Positions 40,020 through 50,766 of a stretch of 64,000 nt of DNA are shown here, in pieces. The notes under the pieces were generated by a model. It was not told the origin of the DNA and made no database searches. It saw only the letters and a list, made by a program, of their open reading frames with translations. Numbering within the stretch: the first letter of the stretch is position 1; each line of letters begins with the position of its first letter. Source of the stretch: Nitrososphaeria archaeon (GTDB lineage Archaea > Thermoproteota > Nitrososphaeria > JACIWG01); NCBI GenBank assembly GCA_049969935.1, contig JBMFNX010000002.1:5789-69788 (forward strand), given 5' to 3'. A program made the position numbers and the translations under genes.

Positions 40020-41189
40020 ATGATAGAAGAATATCGGATATTCAAGGATGAGAGTAAACTTTCTCCAGAATATATTCCTAAGAGGATACCGCATAGAGAA
40101 AGTGAACTAAATAAGTTGAAAAGCTTTTTTAGAATGGTTTTACAGGATCCTAAAAGAAACAGTCAGCAAGTTTTTATAGTAGGGCCTGTTGGAAGTGGGA
40201 AGACGCTTATATCTAAAAAATTTATTCAACATGTTGAAAGTCAGTACGTCTTAAATGACGTGAGATTAAAAACTTACTATACTAACTGTAGGGTTAACAG
40301 GGTCTTTGGAAGCATATTGAATAGCATACTTTCTTCTATAGGGCACTCTTTCCCAAACCGGGGCTTTTCCTTAGATGAGATTGTGCAATATTTTATATCA
40401 AAATTGAGTGAAGAAAAGGTGCATGTGATAGTGATTTTTGATGAATTTGATGCCCTTGTCTCACATGAGGGTATAGAGCCACTTTATGTTATAACGAGGA
40501 TAAGGGAGATGGTGATTGATAGACAAATATTATCTTCTATTATTATAAGCAAGTCTTTTTCATACTTGAATAAAGCGGACCCAAGTATCTTAAGTTCTAT
40601 CCAAAAAAATATAATTAAGCTTGACTCATATAATGAGTCTCAGCTTAAGGATATATTATATGATCGTGTACTAATAGCTTTTGAAGATGATACGGTAGAA
40701 AACGAAACCTTAGATTTGATTTCTAAACTTGCATCGAAGTATGGGGATGCAAGATATGCTATAGAGCTTCTTCAACTTTCAGGAAGAATTGCAGAGTTCA
40801 GAGGAGAAAGAAAGGTTAGACCAGAACATGTGAGGGAGGCAAAATTACAGTTACCTCCTCAGATAAGAAAAGAGGAATTGAATTATTTGGATGAACATGA
40901 AAAAATAATTCTTCTTTCTTTAGCAAAGATTTTGAAAGAACAGTTAGAGGATCATATTACATTAAAGGTTTTAGAAGAAGAATATAAGATTATGTGTAAA
41001 AAATATGGTAAGGAGGCTTTAAAGCATACACAGTTCTGGTTAAGAGTGAAAAATTTGGCTCAAAAAGAATTTATAGATTCAAAAGTTTCGCAGGTTGATC
41101 CCAGGGGGAGGACAACTGTAATTAGTTTATTGAATATTCCAGCCGAACAACTTTATAATGAAATAAAAGAGAGACTGGAATATGGATAG
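40020..41189 (+). CDS. cdc6: Orc1/Cdc6 replication initiator
   Basis: IFKDESKLSPEYIP..IPHRE, GPVGSGKT, DEFD, GDARYAI, C-terminal wHTH (GRTT). Confidence 0.95.
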   Translation: MIEEYRIFKDESKLSPEYIPKRIPHRESELNKLKSFFRMVLQDPKRNSQQVFIVGPVGSGKTLISKKFIQHVESQYVLNDVRLKTYYTNCRVNRVFGSILNSILSSIGHSFPNRGFSLDEIVQYFISKLSEEKVHVIVIFDEFDALVSHEGIEPLYVITRIREMVIDRQILSSIIISKSFSYLNKADPSILSSIQKNIIKLDSYNESQLKDILYDRVLIAFEDDTVENETLDLISKLASKYGDARYAIELLQLSGRIAEFRGERKVRPEHVREAKLQLPPQIRKEELNYLDEHEKIILLSLAKILKEQLEDHITLKVLEEEYKIMCKKYGKEALKHTQFWLRVKNLAQKEFIDSKVSQVDPRGRTTVISLLNIPAEQLYNEIKERLEYG

Positions 41190-41475
41190 GGATTTTACAT
41201 TTTTCGACAGTAAAGGTAAATTTAAAATTTTAAGAATTTTATTAAAAGAAAATGAAATAAACATTTCAGCATTACTTAAAAGAACAAATATTTCATATAA
41301 ATTTGTTGAAAGGTACTTAGCTGAACTTGAAAATGAGGGTTTAATTAGGCAAAAGAGGTTTGGTAAAATAAGAATTATAAGTCTAGAAGATAATAGAGTT
41401 ACGCGTATACTAAAAGATTTTTTCACTGAATTGGAAGGTATTGAAGAGGAAAATTATATCAAAGGATATGTTTGA
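41182..41475 (+). CDS. Small winged-helix protein, coupled to cdc6
   Basis: FDSKGKFKILRIL..EINIS.L..T...Y..V..YL..L..EGLI..KRFGKIRI. Confidence 0.85.
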   Translation: MDRDFTFFDSKGKFKILRILLKENEINISALLKRTNISYKFVERYLAELENEGLIRQKRFGKIRIISLEDNRVTRILKDFFTELEGIEEENYIKGYV

Positions 41476-41476
41476 C

Positions 41477-44400
41477 CTATTCTTTGTCAATGAATTCCTC
41501 AGGTGATGGTGGAGATTCACTTAATCCTTTCCTCTTTCTAATCGATGCAATTAGTTGTGGTAGAAGATTTGATGGAACAGGACTCCATTCTTTAAAGTGT
41601 GTATTCCACATAGCTTTGCCAGCGGTCGCACCACGCATAGCTTCACTCAAATCAAATGTTTCTGCGGCAGGTATAACACCCTCTATGATTGTTAGGACAC
41701 CTTTTTGTTCTACATTAAGCATTTTCCCTCTCCTTGCAGAAATTACACCTGCTATGGCGCCAATCAAGTCAGCGTTCGCTTTAACTTCTATACCTAAAAC
41801 GGGTTCAAGTAATGTTGGATTAGCTAGAAGCATGGCACCTAGTATTGCCCGTCTAGATGCTGGCAAAAGTTGGGCATAAGTTCTATGAGCAGGATCTTCA
41901 TGGAATTCGGCATGATGTAGAACTACTTTAACGCCTCTACATGGTTCCTGTGCTAAGGGGCCATTTTCCATTACATCAAAGAAGCCGACTCTTATCGAAT
42001 CAATAGATTCCTGCATAAATTGGACACCTTTTGTTGCATCAACAAAAAGGTTACCTCTTGGATCAATAGCGACAACATTTCTAGCTTCATCTGCATCCCA
42101 TCCATGGTCCCTTAATATTTTTGCGATCGTCTTTCTATCAAGTTGATCATTAATAGTATTATTCCTTATTAATTCAATAACTTCAGCAGATAATGGTTCC
42201 ACTCGCATGAAAATACGATTATGTTTGTTTGGAGATTTTGCCATAACAGGCCCAGCTGAAGCCCTTATAGTTTCACGATAGTTAATTAATGGAGGAGTAG
42301 TTATTATTTCTAAACCAGTCTGCGTGATAAGCGTTGTCGCTATCTCTAAATGTAGCACACCCATACCTGACATTAGCATTTCCCCAGTCTCTTCATTTAT
42401 TTTGATCACAAGATTAGGATCTTCTATTGACAATTTTCTCAATGTTTCAATAAGTTTAGGTAAGTCTCTTGGATACTTTGGTTCTACAGCAATAGTCACT
42501 ACAGGTTCAGATACATATCTTATCTGTTCAAATGGCGTTATATCTTTTATTGAAGATACTGTTTCACCTGCCCTCGCAGCATCTAGTCCTAGCAGAGCAG
42601 GTATATTGCCTGCTGTAAGAACACCAACAATTTCTCTAAATGGACCCATGAACATGCTTACAGATTGCACACGAGCCTGTGTTTTTGCATTATGCAGGTA
42701 AAGTATGTCACCATCATGAACAGTTCCAGAAAAGAGGCGGCCTACAGCAACAACACCAGCTTGAGGATCAACAACTACGTTTGTCACCATCATTACAACA
42801 GGTCCCTTCTCATCACAGTTTAAGAGAGCTTGGCCTACTTCTGAATTCAGGTCACCCTTCCATATCTTTGGAATACGATATCTTTGCGCAACATGTGGGG
42901 GAGGATGATGCCTTATTACCATTGAAAGTATAGCATCATGTAATGGAAAGTTTTCGGCGAGAATCTTAATGTTACCTGCTTCATATGCCTTGTATATGTC
43001 ACTAAATCGGACACCCTTCTTTTGTGCAATCATAAAATTGAAGCCCCAACGGTCCTTTGCTGAACCAAATGCAACACTACTATCTTGTATACTAACTTTC
43101 CATTTTGACTTAAATTCTGGTTCAGCATATATGTCTATTAAATTATTAAATTCACTGACTATATTGGCAAGCCAAGCTTGCATCTTTTCTGGACTAAGCT
43201 TTAATTCTTTAATCAGCCTATCAATTTTATTAATATATAAGACTGGCCTAACTCTTTCCTCTAATGCTTGACGAGTAACAGTTTCAGTTTGCGTCATTAT
43301 ACCTTCAACAGCATCACATACAACTACAACACCGTCAATAGCACGCAAACTTCTTGTTACTCTACCAGTAAAATCAATGTGTCCTGGTGTATCTATTAAA
43401 TTTATTACATATGGAACATTCTCATATTCATAGTATAATGTAACGTTGGCTGCTTTAATTGTCATTTGCCTCTGCTGCTCTAGATCCATGTAGTCTAGGG
43501 CTAAAGCTTGGCCTGCAAGAGCAGGGCTAAGCATACCGCATGCAGCAAGAAGACTATCGCTCATAGTGGTATTATGCACTATTATACCGTTTGCAACAAA
43601 GGTGTGCGTGGTGGGTACAGTTAAGTCATAGACATCGAATTCACCCACAATTGGTTCAACATGAGAGACTTCAACAAATCTAACTTCGCCAGAAGCAAGT
43701 TTCCTCCAAGCATCCAGTATCTGCTCGATATTCTCTTTTTGAACACTAGATCCTCTGAGAAGATGCTTCCATATTGATAGGGCTTCCCGTCCAGTATCAG
43801 TAACACTAATTTTCCCATCCTTTATCTTTATGAGCTTGTCACTCTTGAGAGATGCCAGAAGACCGTTTAAGCGGTTTGAATCTAATTTGCATTCGCCTAT
43901 TAGTGTACTATATGTAACTTCATTACAGCATCTTTCAAGGATAGATGCCTTTATGGAAAGGTAGCTCAGTTCATTAAGTGCTTCTGAAAACACTTTAACA
44001 ATCTTACCTAATGCCACCCTATTTATTCGCTGTAAACCGTATTCATACTTACTGTAGTATGGGAAACCTCTTATGGTACGAGGAAGCCCTAGTGAGATCC
44101 GAAGGGCTGATAGCACCTTTGGTGAAATTGGGACTATGTCTGCAACTCGGTTTGATGCCGTTAGTCTGCTGAATCTGCGGAGAAGCTTATTTTTGTTCGG
44201 TAATGTAAAGCCTATTCTGCTTCTAAACGTCTTTAGATCCCTACCAGATATGCTTAAGACAAAATATCTACCCTTCTTATACTTTGTCGATACTATGCCA
44301 AAGCGAATTAAGAGTATGGATAGCTGGTCAATTAGCTCTTTAGATGCGGAGGTTATCGAGACAGATCTGCTCCGTTTGTTGACTGTGCCATCTGTGTCGA

Positions 44401-45539
44401 AGAGCCCTTTCAAGAATTCTGCAACAAGGTCATCACGCATAGCGGTCAGCAGATCTGACAGCACCAGCTTCTTAGACTTCTTGAAAGAATGGTAAGAGAA
44501 GAGATCCTCAAAGAACTTTATGAGCGTGAGGCCTCCGTAATGGTCAACTCTCACACTAGTTTTGCCTGAAACTACTCTGCTATCCACGTTGAAAGCCTTT
44601 AGCAACGCCTGCTTGAATCGGAACAAGATGCGCAAGTTCGTGTTGGTTAAGGACGCCCTAGTAGTGCCGTCACCATATAGCAGACCTAGAGCATACATCA
44701 TAGCCTTAAATTCATCTATTGTCTTAGGGAGGTGGATCCTCTTTGACTGTCTGCCAAATCTTTTTAGCGAAGAGCGGTATAAGAGGACATCAATGGCATC
44801 ATATAGCATAGACTTATTGAGCCCTATCAACTGAGCTATACATAAAAGGTCCTTGAGGCGGTACCTCCCTAGCCTAACTCCTTGTCGAAAGCTTTCGTAA
44901 TCTAGCTTGCTGCCAATGCTCCTCCACACTGCCTTAATGCCTCTCTGAGAAAGAGTGGTTGCAATAGATGAAGCAAATGGCTCCAGTAGATATATGAGAT
45001 AATAATCGCGCTCCGAAAGTCTTTCAATGATCCTCGCCTTAACTTGATCCAGCTCTAAACCAACGGATTTTAAGAGCGAGGGTACAGCAACATAGACACC
45101 TGGAGTTAGATCAGAAGCCCTTATGGCCTCTAACAATCCAAGCTCTGACAAAGTGTAAAATGGATGTTCGGGAGTAGTTGAAACCTCAAAACCGTTTCTT
45201 AAACTGACTCGAATCAACTTGTTACTCTTAAGCTTCCAGACGTAAACCGCTTTCATATCTTTAATATTAAGCAAAGAGGGGTCCATAGAATCTACAAAAA
45301 CATCCTTCAAGGTGGCTCTCTTATCAAACCGCCCATAGCGCTCGTAAAGCACCTTAATCGGAAGAATCTCACCAGTAGATAATGTTACATAAGAATCTTC
45401 GCTCACACACTTACCATGATCTACATGGGCAACAACACCCAGATTATTCGGGTTTAGAGATTTTTCTCTAAACCTTTCGAATCTGGTCCTTGTTGCCTAT
45501 GATTTTTAATGCTTCTGCGGTAGTTTTATACCTTGGCAT
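41477..45539 (-). CDS. fusA: Elongation factor 2: exon 1 45476-45539, exon 2 41477-45444; contains an intein
   Basis: Spliced N-terminus MPRYKTTAEALKIIGNKDQIRNLGVVAHVDHGK, then after the intein TTMSD, DTPGH, NKID, SPNKHN and diphthamide loop HEDPAHR. Confidence 0.95.
43571..45409 (-). mobile_element. Intein (613 aa) with LAGLIDADG homing endonuclease in the EF-2 G1 P-loop
   Basis: GK|CVSEDS start, TPEHPF block B, LGLLYGDG and FLKGLFDTDG, VYDLTV..HTFVANGIIVHN|TT end; visibly more GC-rich than flanks. Confidence 0.96.
45445..45475 (-). other. 31-nt bulge-helix-bulge mRNA intron in the EF-2 gene
   Basis: mRNA: CCAGA-UUCG-AA^A-GGUUUAGAGA-AAAA-UCUCUAAACC-CGAA-UA^A-UCUGG; removal restores frame and the conserved QIRNLG. 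Confidence 0.9.
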
Positions 45540-45627
45540 AGTAAACCCCACTAAACCACTAGAGAAACCCTTTTAAAAGATTTTGGAGAAAGAGATTGTA
45601 ACCACATTATATTATTTAAATAAAGTT

Positions 45628-46230
45628 TTATTCAATATTAGCATGCCTTTCCCTCATATCCAATTCACTTACATGAAATTCTGATATTAGGGTAGCAATT
45701 ATAGAATCTAACAAAAATAGGGCACTGTCTTCAAAAAGTGTGCCTAATGGAGCAAGTGGTTCATGAAGACCTAAAATTTGCCGAGCAAAATAGTCTCTTG
45801 GTGAGATCTCAATTCGCCCTTTTAAAAGCACTATATGATTAGAGAGTTGACCCAATGGAGACTCAGGATATGAAGTTATAGACACAATTTTTGCACCAAC
45901 TTGCTTAGCTGCTTCAGCTGCGGTAACTATAAGTTTTGTTGACCCAGAACCAGAAATTGCAATAACTAGATCTTCTTTAGAAATTGATGGCACAATAGTG
46001 TCACCTAAAACGTAAGCATTAAAGCCTAAATGGAGAAGACGCATTGCAAAAGCACGGCCAACCAGACCGCTTCTCCCAGCACCCATTATCAATATCTTAC
46101 TACTCTTATGAGACTTTAGCATTTCAACAAAGGTTCTTAATTCTTCTTCATTAACCTGTAGTAAATTCTCTTTTACCAATTCCGACAAAAGTATAGCCCT
46201 CTCTTTCACACTTTGGATACTGCTGCTCAT
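45628..46230 (-). CDS. hxlB: 6-phospho-3-hexuloisomerase (SIS domain)
   Basis: [40 protein letters not shown] motifs. Confidence 0.93.
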   Translation of the reverse strand: MSSSIQSVKERAILLSELVKENLLQVNEEELRTFVEMLKSHKSSKILIMGAGRSGLVGRAFAMRLLHLGFNAYVLGDTIVPSISKEDLVIAISGSGSTKLIVTAAEAAKQVGAKIVSITSYPESPLGQLSNHIVLLKGRIEISPRDYFARQILGLHEPLAPLGTLFEDSALFLLDSIIATLISEFHVSELDMRERHANIE

Positions 46231-46261
46231 ATTTTTGGGTTAGAAATATGCAAATAAAAAG

Positions 46262-46930
46262 TTATTTACTTAATTTTTCGAACATGTTTTCATACATTTT
46301 CACATTAGTATCTATAAGGTCCCTTATCCTTCGAGCACGCTTTAGACCAATTCCAGGAACCTTAGACAGTTCCTCCACAGAGGCGAGAAAAACATTCTTT
46401 GGAGAGCCAAAATGATTTAGTAAATTTAAAGCTAACTTTGGGCCAACACTTGGAAGTGATGAGATTAAATAGATTTGCTGATCGAAGAAGCCTTTTTTCT
46501 TAGCATGTTTAATAAGGTAGCCTCTTCCTTTTTTAGTAGAAGCATTTACTAGACAGTATAAGAATAAGGCTGTCTCCTTTTCCGAAAGCACATTAACTAG
46601 CTTTATCTTATAATTTATAAGAAGGGAGGCGATTGCACAGTATACAGCTTTAGGATTACGTAAATATGCTTCTACTTCATTGAAATTACCTTCAACTATA
46701 ATGAAGGCATTGGGATAGGAGGAAGATAATTGTTCAATTTGATTAAATAAACGGCCATCAAATAATGAGGCTATAAAATCTTTCATTGATTTCCTTTCAA
46801 CCGCAGTCTCAGGGTTAATTATATAGTCACCGACTTCTAAAAGTTTAAAAACAAAATTGATATTCATCGATTTTAGTAGATCTGGTATACTAGATTTTGA
46901 TTCCCTATGGTCTACAATTATGTAACCCAT
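46262..46930 (-). CDS. xpf: XPF/ERCC4 nuclease, short form (nuclease + HhH2)
   Basis: VDHRE, GDY....VERKS..D, two HhH motifs. Confidence 0.92.
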   Translation of the reverse strand: MGYIIVDHRESKSSIPDLLKSMNINFVFKLLEVGDYIINPETAVERKSMKDFIASLFDGRLFNQIEQLSSSYPNAFIIVEGNFNEVEAYLRNPKAVYCAIASLLINYKIKLVNVLSEKETALFLYCLVNASTKKGRGYLIKHAKKKGFFDQQIYLISSLPSVGPKLALNLLNHFGSPKNVFLASVEELSKVPGIGLKRARRIRDLIDTNVKMYENMFEKLSK

Positions 46931-46942
46931 ATCACATCCACT

Positions 46943-47677
46943 TTAAACTCTAAAATAATAGATGAGAAGTATAAATAAGATTATAAATGATAGACATGAG
47001 AGTAGTGCAAAATAGTCTCGTCGCCTAAAACTTAATCTGTAATATGATGTTCTTTTTTTAGAAAAACCATAAGCTCTAGACTCCATTGCTTCAGCTAATT
47101 CCTCACTTCTTATAATCGATTGAACAATTAATGGTACCAATACTGGAATATAATTACGGATCCGCTTAAATAAATTACCCTTTTCTATTTCAAGACCTCT
47201 AGAACGTTGAGAGTCTATTATTTGTAGCGCATCCAATAATATTACTGGTACAAAACGTACTGCTGTAACGAAGGCAAATATTAAATCGTAAGGTAAGTGT
47301 AGAGAGCGCATAACAAGGTCAAGCTCATCAGGAGAAGACGTTAAGAAGAAGATAGAGGAGGATGAAATTATTGCAATAAAACGTAATGAGATAATTATGG
47401 AGAAAATAAGTTCGTATCCTACTAGCAAGTTTATTATAAAGATCATGGCCACAAATGAGAGAGAGAATGTTATAGTTTTTATCATCCTCCTAAACACCTT
47501 AGAAACAACTCCTAAAATGAAGATAATCGATAACAGTATAGCGAATTCAAAAATCGTGTTACTGAAGAGTGAAAGGATAAAAAGTGATAGTGAAATAGTC
47601 AATTTAACTCTTGGGTCAAGAGAGTGAACGAAACTGTCCTGACGTCTGTATATTAAGCCTTCTGCTAACCAAAACAT
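46943..47677 (-). CDS. ecfT: ECF transporter transmembrane component T
   Basis: H.LDPR.K, RFVP, SQRSRG, AMESRAY motifs. Confidence 0.92.
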   Translation of the reverse strand: MFWLAEGLIYRRQDSFVHSLDPRVKLTISLSLFILSLFSNTIFEFAILLSIIFILGVVSKVFRRMIKTITFSLSFVAMIFIINLLVGYELIFSIIISLRFIAIISSSSIFFLTSSPDELDLVMRSLHLPYDLIFAFVTAVRFVPVILLDALQIIDSQRSRGLEIEKGNLFKRIRNYIPVLVPLIVQSIIRSEELAEAMESRAYGFSKKRTSYYRLSFRRRDYFALLSCLSFIILFILLIYYFRV

Positions 47678-47683
47678 TCTATC

Positions 47684-48499
47684 TCAGCCTTTAAATAGCT
47701 TTAAAATCATTGCACGTGCTTCAAGAAGATCAATAGGAGGTTTATCAATTAATGGAAAAAGTTCTTCATAAAGTTCAATAAGTTGAGGTTTTGTAATACC
47801 ACATTCTTCTAGTGCTTCTGAATCACTGAAAATTCTTCTACAATCACCGTCTCTAACGATCATCCCGTTAGAGATTAATATTATTCTAGGCTGCAGAAGC
47901 CAAATAAATTCAACATCATGGGACACGATTATAACTGTCTTGTTCTGGGTTGCAAGCATTTTAATAATTTCCCTAAGCTTTTCCTTTTGGAGAAAATCTT
48001 GCCCAACTGTAGGTTCATCAAGTATAATAAAGTCCGGATCCCATGCAAGAACAGAGGCTAAACATAATCTCTTTTTTTCACCACCACTCAACAATAGGGG
48101 GGAGACATCTTTGTATTGAATTAGGTTAAAGAATTCTAAAGCCCATTTAACTCTTTTCTTTGCAACCTCTTCATCAAATCCAAAATTTTTTAAGGCGAAA
48201 GCAACTTCATTCCATACAGTATCGGAGAAAAGTTGGTGGCCAGGGTTTTGAAAAACGAGTCCAACCCTCTTTGAAAAATAGGCTACTGATTCTTCGCGCG
48301 TGTCCTTACCGAATACCTTAACTGAACCCTTTGTTGGTTTAAGTAATCCGTTAAAATGTTTTATAAGTGTAGTTTTACCAGAACCATTTCCACCCATTAT
48401 ACCCACTATTTCTCCAAGTTTAATCTTTAAATTAACATTTTTTAGAATAAAATCCTTTGCTAAAGGATATTTAAAATATAATGAGTCTACTTCAATCAA
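47684..48499 (-). CDS. ecfA: ECF transporter ATPase
   Basis: GGNGSGKTT, FQNP, LSGGEK, DEPT motifs. Confidence 0.92.
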   Translation of the reverse strand: MIEVDSLYFKYPLAKDFILKNVNLKIKLGEIVGIMGGNGSGKTTLIKHFNGLLKPTKGSVKVFGKDTREESVAYFSKRVGLVFQNPGHQLFSDTVWNEVAFALKNFGFDEEVAKKRVKWALEFFNLIQYKDVSPLLLSGGEKKRLCLASVLAWDPDFIILDEPTVGQDFLQKEKLREIIKMLATQNKTVIIVSHDVEFIWLLQPRIILISNGMIVRDGDCRRIFSDSEALEECGITKPQLIELYEELFPLIDKPPIDLLEARAMILKLFKG

Positions 48500-49365
48500 G
48501 TTTTTGTCAACCTCATTTTCAGTTGTCTTGCAAAATCTTTAACATTTAAACAAAATTCATTGAAAATTAGGCCATCTTCCCTTAAATAGTTTTGCAATCC
48601 TATAATTGGGGGAACGCTAACACCATAGAGATTTAGATTTTTACTTCTTATAACCTCCTTTAATGGCCCATCAAAGACAATTTCACCCCTGTCTAAAACA
48701 ACCATCTTATTTGCTGCATCTGTTAAAAGGTCTATTCTATGTTCAACTACAATAATTGTTAATCCAAACCTTTTATTTAGTTCCTTTAACAATAGTATGA
48801 ATTCTAGAGCAGTCCGAGGGTCAAGTAAAGAAGTTGGTTCATCTAAAATCAAAATTTTTGGTTTCATCGCAAGCACTCCAGCTATTGCAACCCTCTGTTT
48901 TTGGCCATCAGATAATTCATATGGAGGCCTATATCTCAGATGTTCTATATTTAAGGCCTTTAAAACCCATTTAAGCCTATTATCTATTTCTTCCATTTCA
49001 AGCCCAATATTTTCTAGACCAAAAACAATATCTTTTTCTACAGAAAACATGAAAATCTGATTTTCAGGATTTTGGAAAACGAAACCTACTTTAGTTGCTA
49101 ATTCACTTACACTTTTATTCTTAACTGATTCGCCATCAACAATTACATCACCTAAATAAGTGCCAGTATAGAGATGGGGGATTAATCCATTAATGCATCT
49201 TAAAAGTGTTGATTTCCCACAACCACTTGGGCCGACTAAAAGAACAAAATCGCCTTCTTTAATTGTAAGATTTATATTTTTTAGAATAAACGTGTTAGAT
49301 CCAGAGTAGGAAAAACTTAGGTTAATGAACCTTATTATATCTGTCAACGTTTCCATATGCGACAA
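48496..49365 (-). CDS. ecfA: ECF transporter ATPase
   Basis: GPSGCGKST, FQNPENQ, LSDGQKQR, DEPT motifs. Confidence 0.92.
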   Translation of the reverse strand: MSHMETLTDIIRFINLSFSYSGSNTFILKNINLTIKEGDFVLLVGPSGCGKSTLLRCINGLIPHLYTGTYLGDVIVDGESVKNKSVSELATKVGFVFQNPENQIFMFSVEKDIVFGLENIGLEMEEIDNRLKWVLKALNIEHLRYRPPYELSDGQKQRVAIAGVLAMKPKILILDEPTSLLDPRTALEFILLLKELNKRFGLTIIVVEHRIDLLTDAANKMVVLDRGEIVFDGPLKEVIRSKNLNLYGVSVPPIIGLQNYLREDGLIFNEFCLNVKDFARQLKMRLTKT

Positions 49366-49384
49366 AAGTATGATATAAAAGGAT

Positions 49385-50383
49385 TCATTTTAAGAGAATT
49401 TTGTTCATTTTGGTTGAGAAGGCTGTCTCTAGTAGAGATAGGAATGTTGAAATAAAAAGCTGTTCATTTTCACAGTTAAGATTAAAGGAGGCTGCACACC
49501 TGTGACCACCACCTATACCATTAAATTTTTTTGCCAAGTTTTCGGCAAGAATATTTAATGAAAAATCACATTTTTTACATATAGTATCTGAACACCTTAA
49601 GCTACCTTTTACTATTTCATCAAAACTGTATGCGAGTACAATATCACATCCAGCATCAACTAGAAATTTTGCTACAGAAGCTTGAAAAGACCCTATTTTT
49701 ACTATTGCAACGAGGAAATCATTAAACTCATATAAATTTATTCGAGAAAGTGATTTTAGTTTTGCAATCACCTCAGACCTATCCCTTTTTTGAGATAAAA
49801 GTTCTTCCCCCCATTTTATTTTTGCACCCTTATCAATTAATAATGAAACATTTTTTATTGTTCTTTCATTGGCTAATATAAGGTGTTTTGTGTCAAATAA
49901 AATTCCAAGGAGTAAAAGGTTGGATACTGTTGGTGTTAAAGAAAAATCCAAATTTAATAGAAGGGATAAAACTATTTCGCAAGTTGAAGACGATTCAGGG
50001 TCAACATAGTAGTAGTTGTAGAAATGCTTACTTTCATCAGTTAGGGGATGATGATCAATTAATACTTTTTTACAAGATGCTTGCTCTATAAGTTGATAAT
50101 AATTTCCTAGCAATTTTGGAGAACCAGTATCAACTACAATTATTAGGTCAATTGAATTAAATTCTTTAAGATCAGATTGTTCAATAGAATAAAATTTCCT
50201 TAAAGTTTCAGCTGCTGAATCTAAACCTTCAGGGAAGATTAAATTTATTTCTGGTACATTTCTTTCTTTGAAGTAAATACTTAAAACATATGAGGAGCAT
50301 AGTGCATCAACGTCAGCTAGCCTGTGAGTTATAATGCATATTTTATTTCCATTAAATACTTCTTGCAGGTTTAAGGAAAGCAT
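49385..50383 (-). CDS. DHH/DHHA1 phosphoesterase (NrnA-like)
   Basis: TH..AD.DA, VDT, IDHH, DT, GGGH..AA motifs. Confidence 0.9.
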   Translation of the reverse strand: MLSLNLQEVFNGNKICIITHRLADVDALCSSYVLSIYFKERNVPEINLIFPEGLDSAAETLRKFYSIEQSDLKEFNSIDLIIVVDTGSPKLLGNYYQLIEQASCKKVLIDHHPLTDESKHFYNYYYVDPESSSTCEIVLSLLLNLDFSLTPTVSNLLLLGILFDTKHLILANERTIKNVSLLIDKGAKIKWGEELLSQKRDRSEVIAKLKSLSRINLYEFNDFLVAIVKIGSFQASVAKFLVDAGCDIVLAYSFDEIVKGSLRCSDTICKKCDFSLNILAENLAKKFNGIGGGHRCAASFNLNCENEQLFISTFLSLLETAFSTKMNKILLK

Positions 50384-50761
50384 TTAACTTTCTTTAAGTG
50401 CTTCAGGTTGACCTGAAAGTGCACTACTTATTTTACTCTGAAGTTCTGTAAGAGATTGCTTGAGCTTTTCCTCTTGCTTTGCCAAAATTGAAATTCTGGT
50501 TTTATTTAATTCAAGCTTTTCTTCTAATTCTTTTACAAGTTCATCTTTGTTAACCTTTATTAAAATTTGGCCAGAGAACTTATAAATGGCATCTTCTGGT
50601 GAAGTCTTCTTTAATTCATCCAATGCTCGTTCTATTTCTGAATTTTCTAGATCAATCTGCCTTTTCTGTATTTGAACAGCCTGAAGATTTCTTTGCATTT
50701 CTTCAAATCTTGCCAAACGTTCTCTAAGCCATGCGGGAACCTCTTCACTCATAAAGTTCAC
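50384..50761 (-). CDS. pfdB: Prefoldin beta subunit
   Basis: Coiled coil with YK..G..LIK hairpin; superoperon position. Confidence 0.93.
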   Translation of the reverse strand: MNFMSEEVPAWLRERLARFEEMQRNLQAVQIQKRQIDLENSEIERALDELKKTSPEDAIYKFSGQILIKVNKDELVKELEEKLELNKTRISILAKQEEKLKQSLTELQSKISSALSGQPEALKES

Positions 50762-50766
50762 CTAAA

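Noticed and set aside
45407..45539. EF-2 5' break read as a sequencing frameshift, a pseudogene, or a GTG start at 45406
   Set aside because: The GTG is intein codon 2 and would delete the G1 motif. The break is a 31-nt insert with exact BHB geometry, not a 1-nt indel, and the rest of the gene is intact
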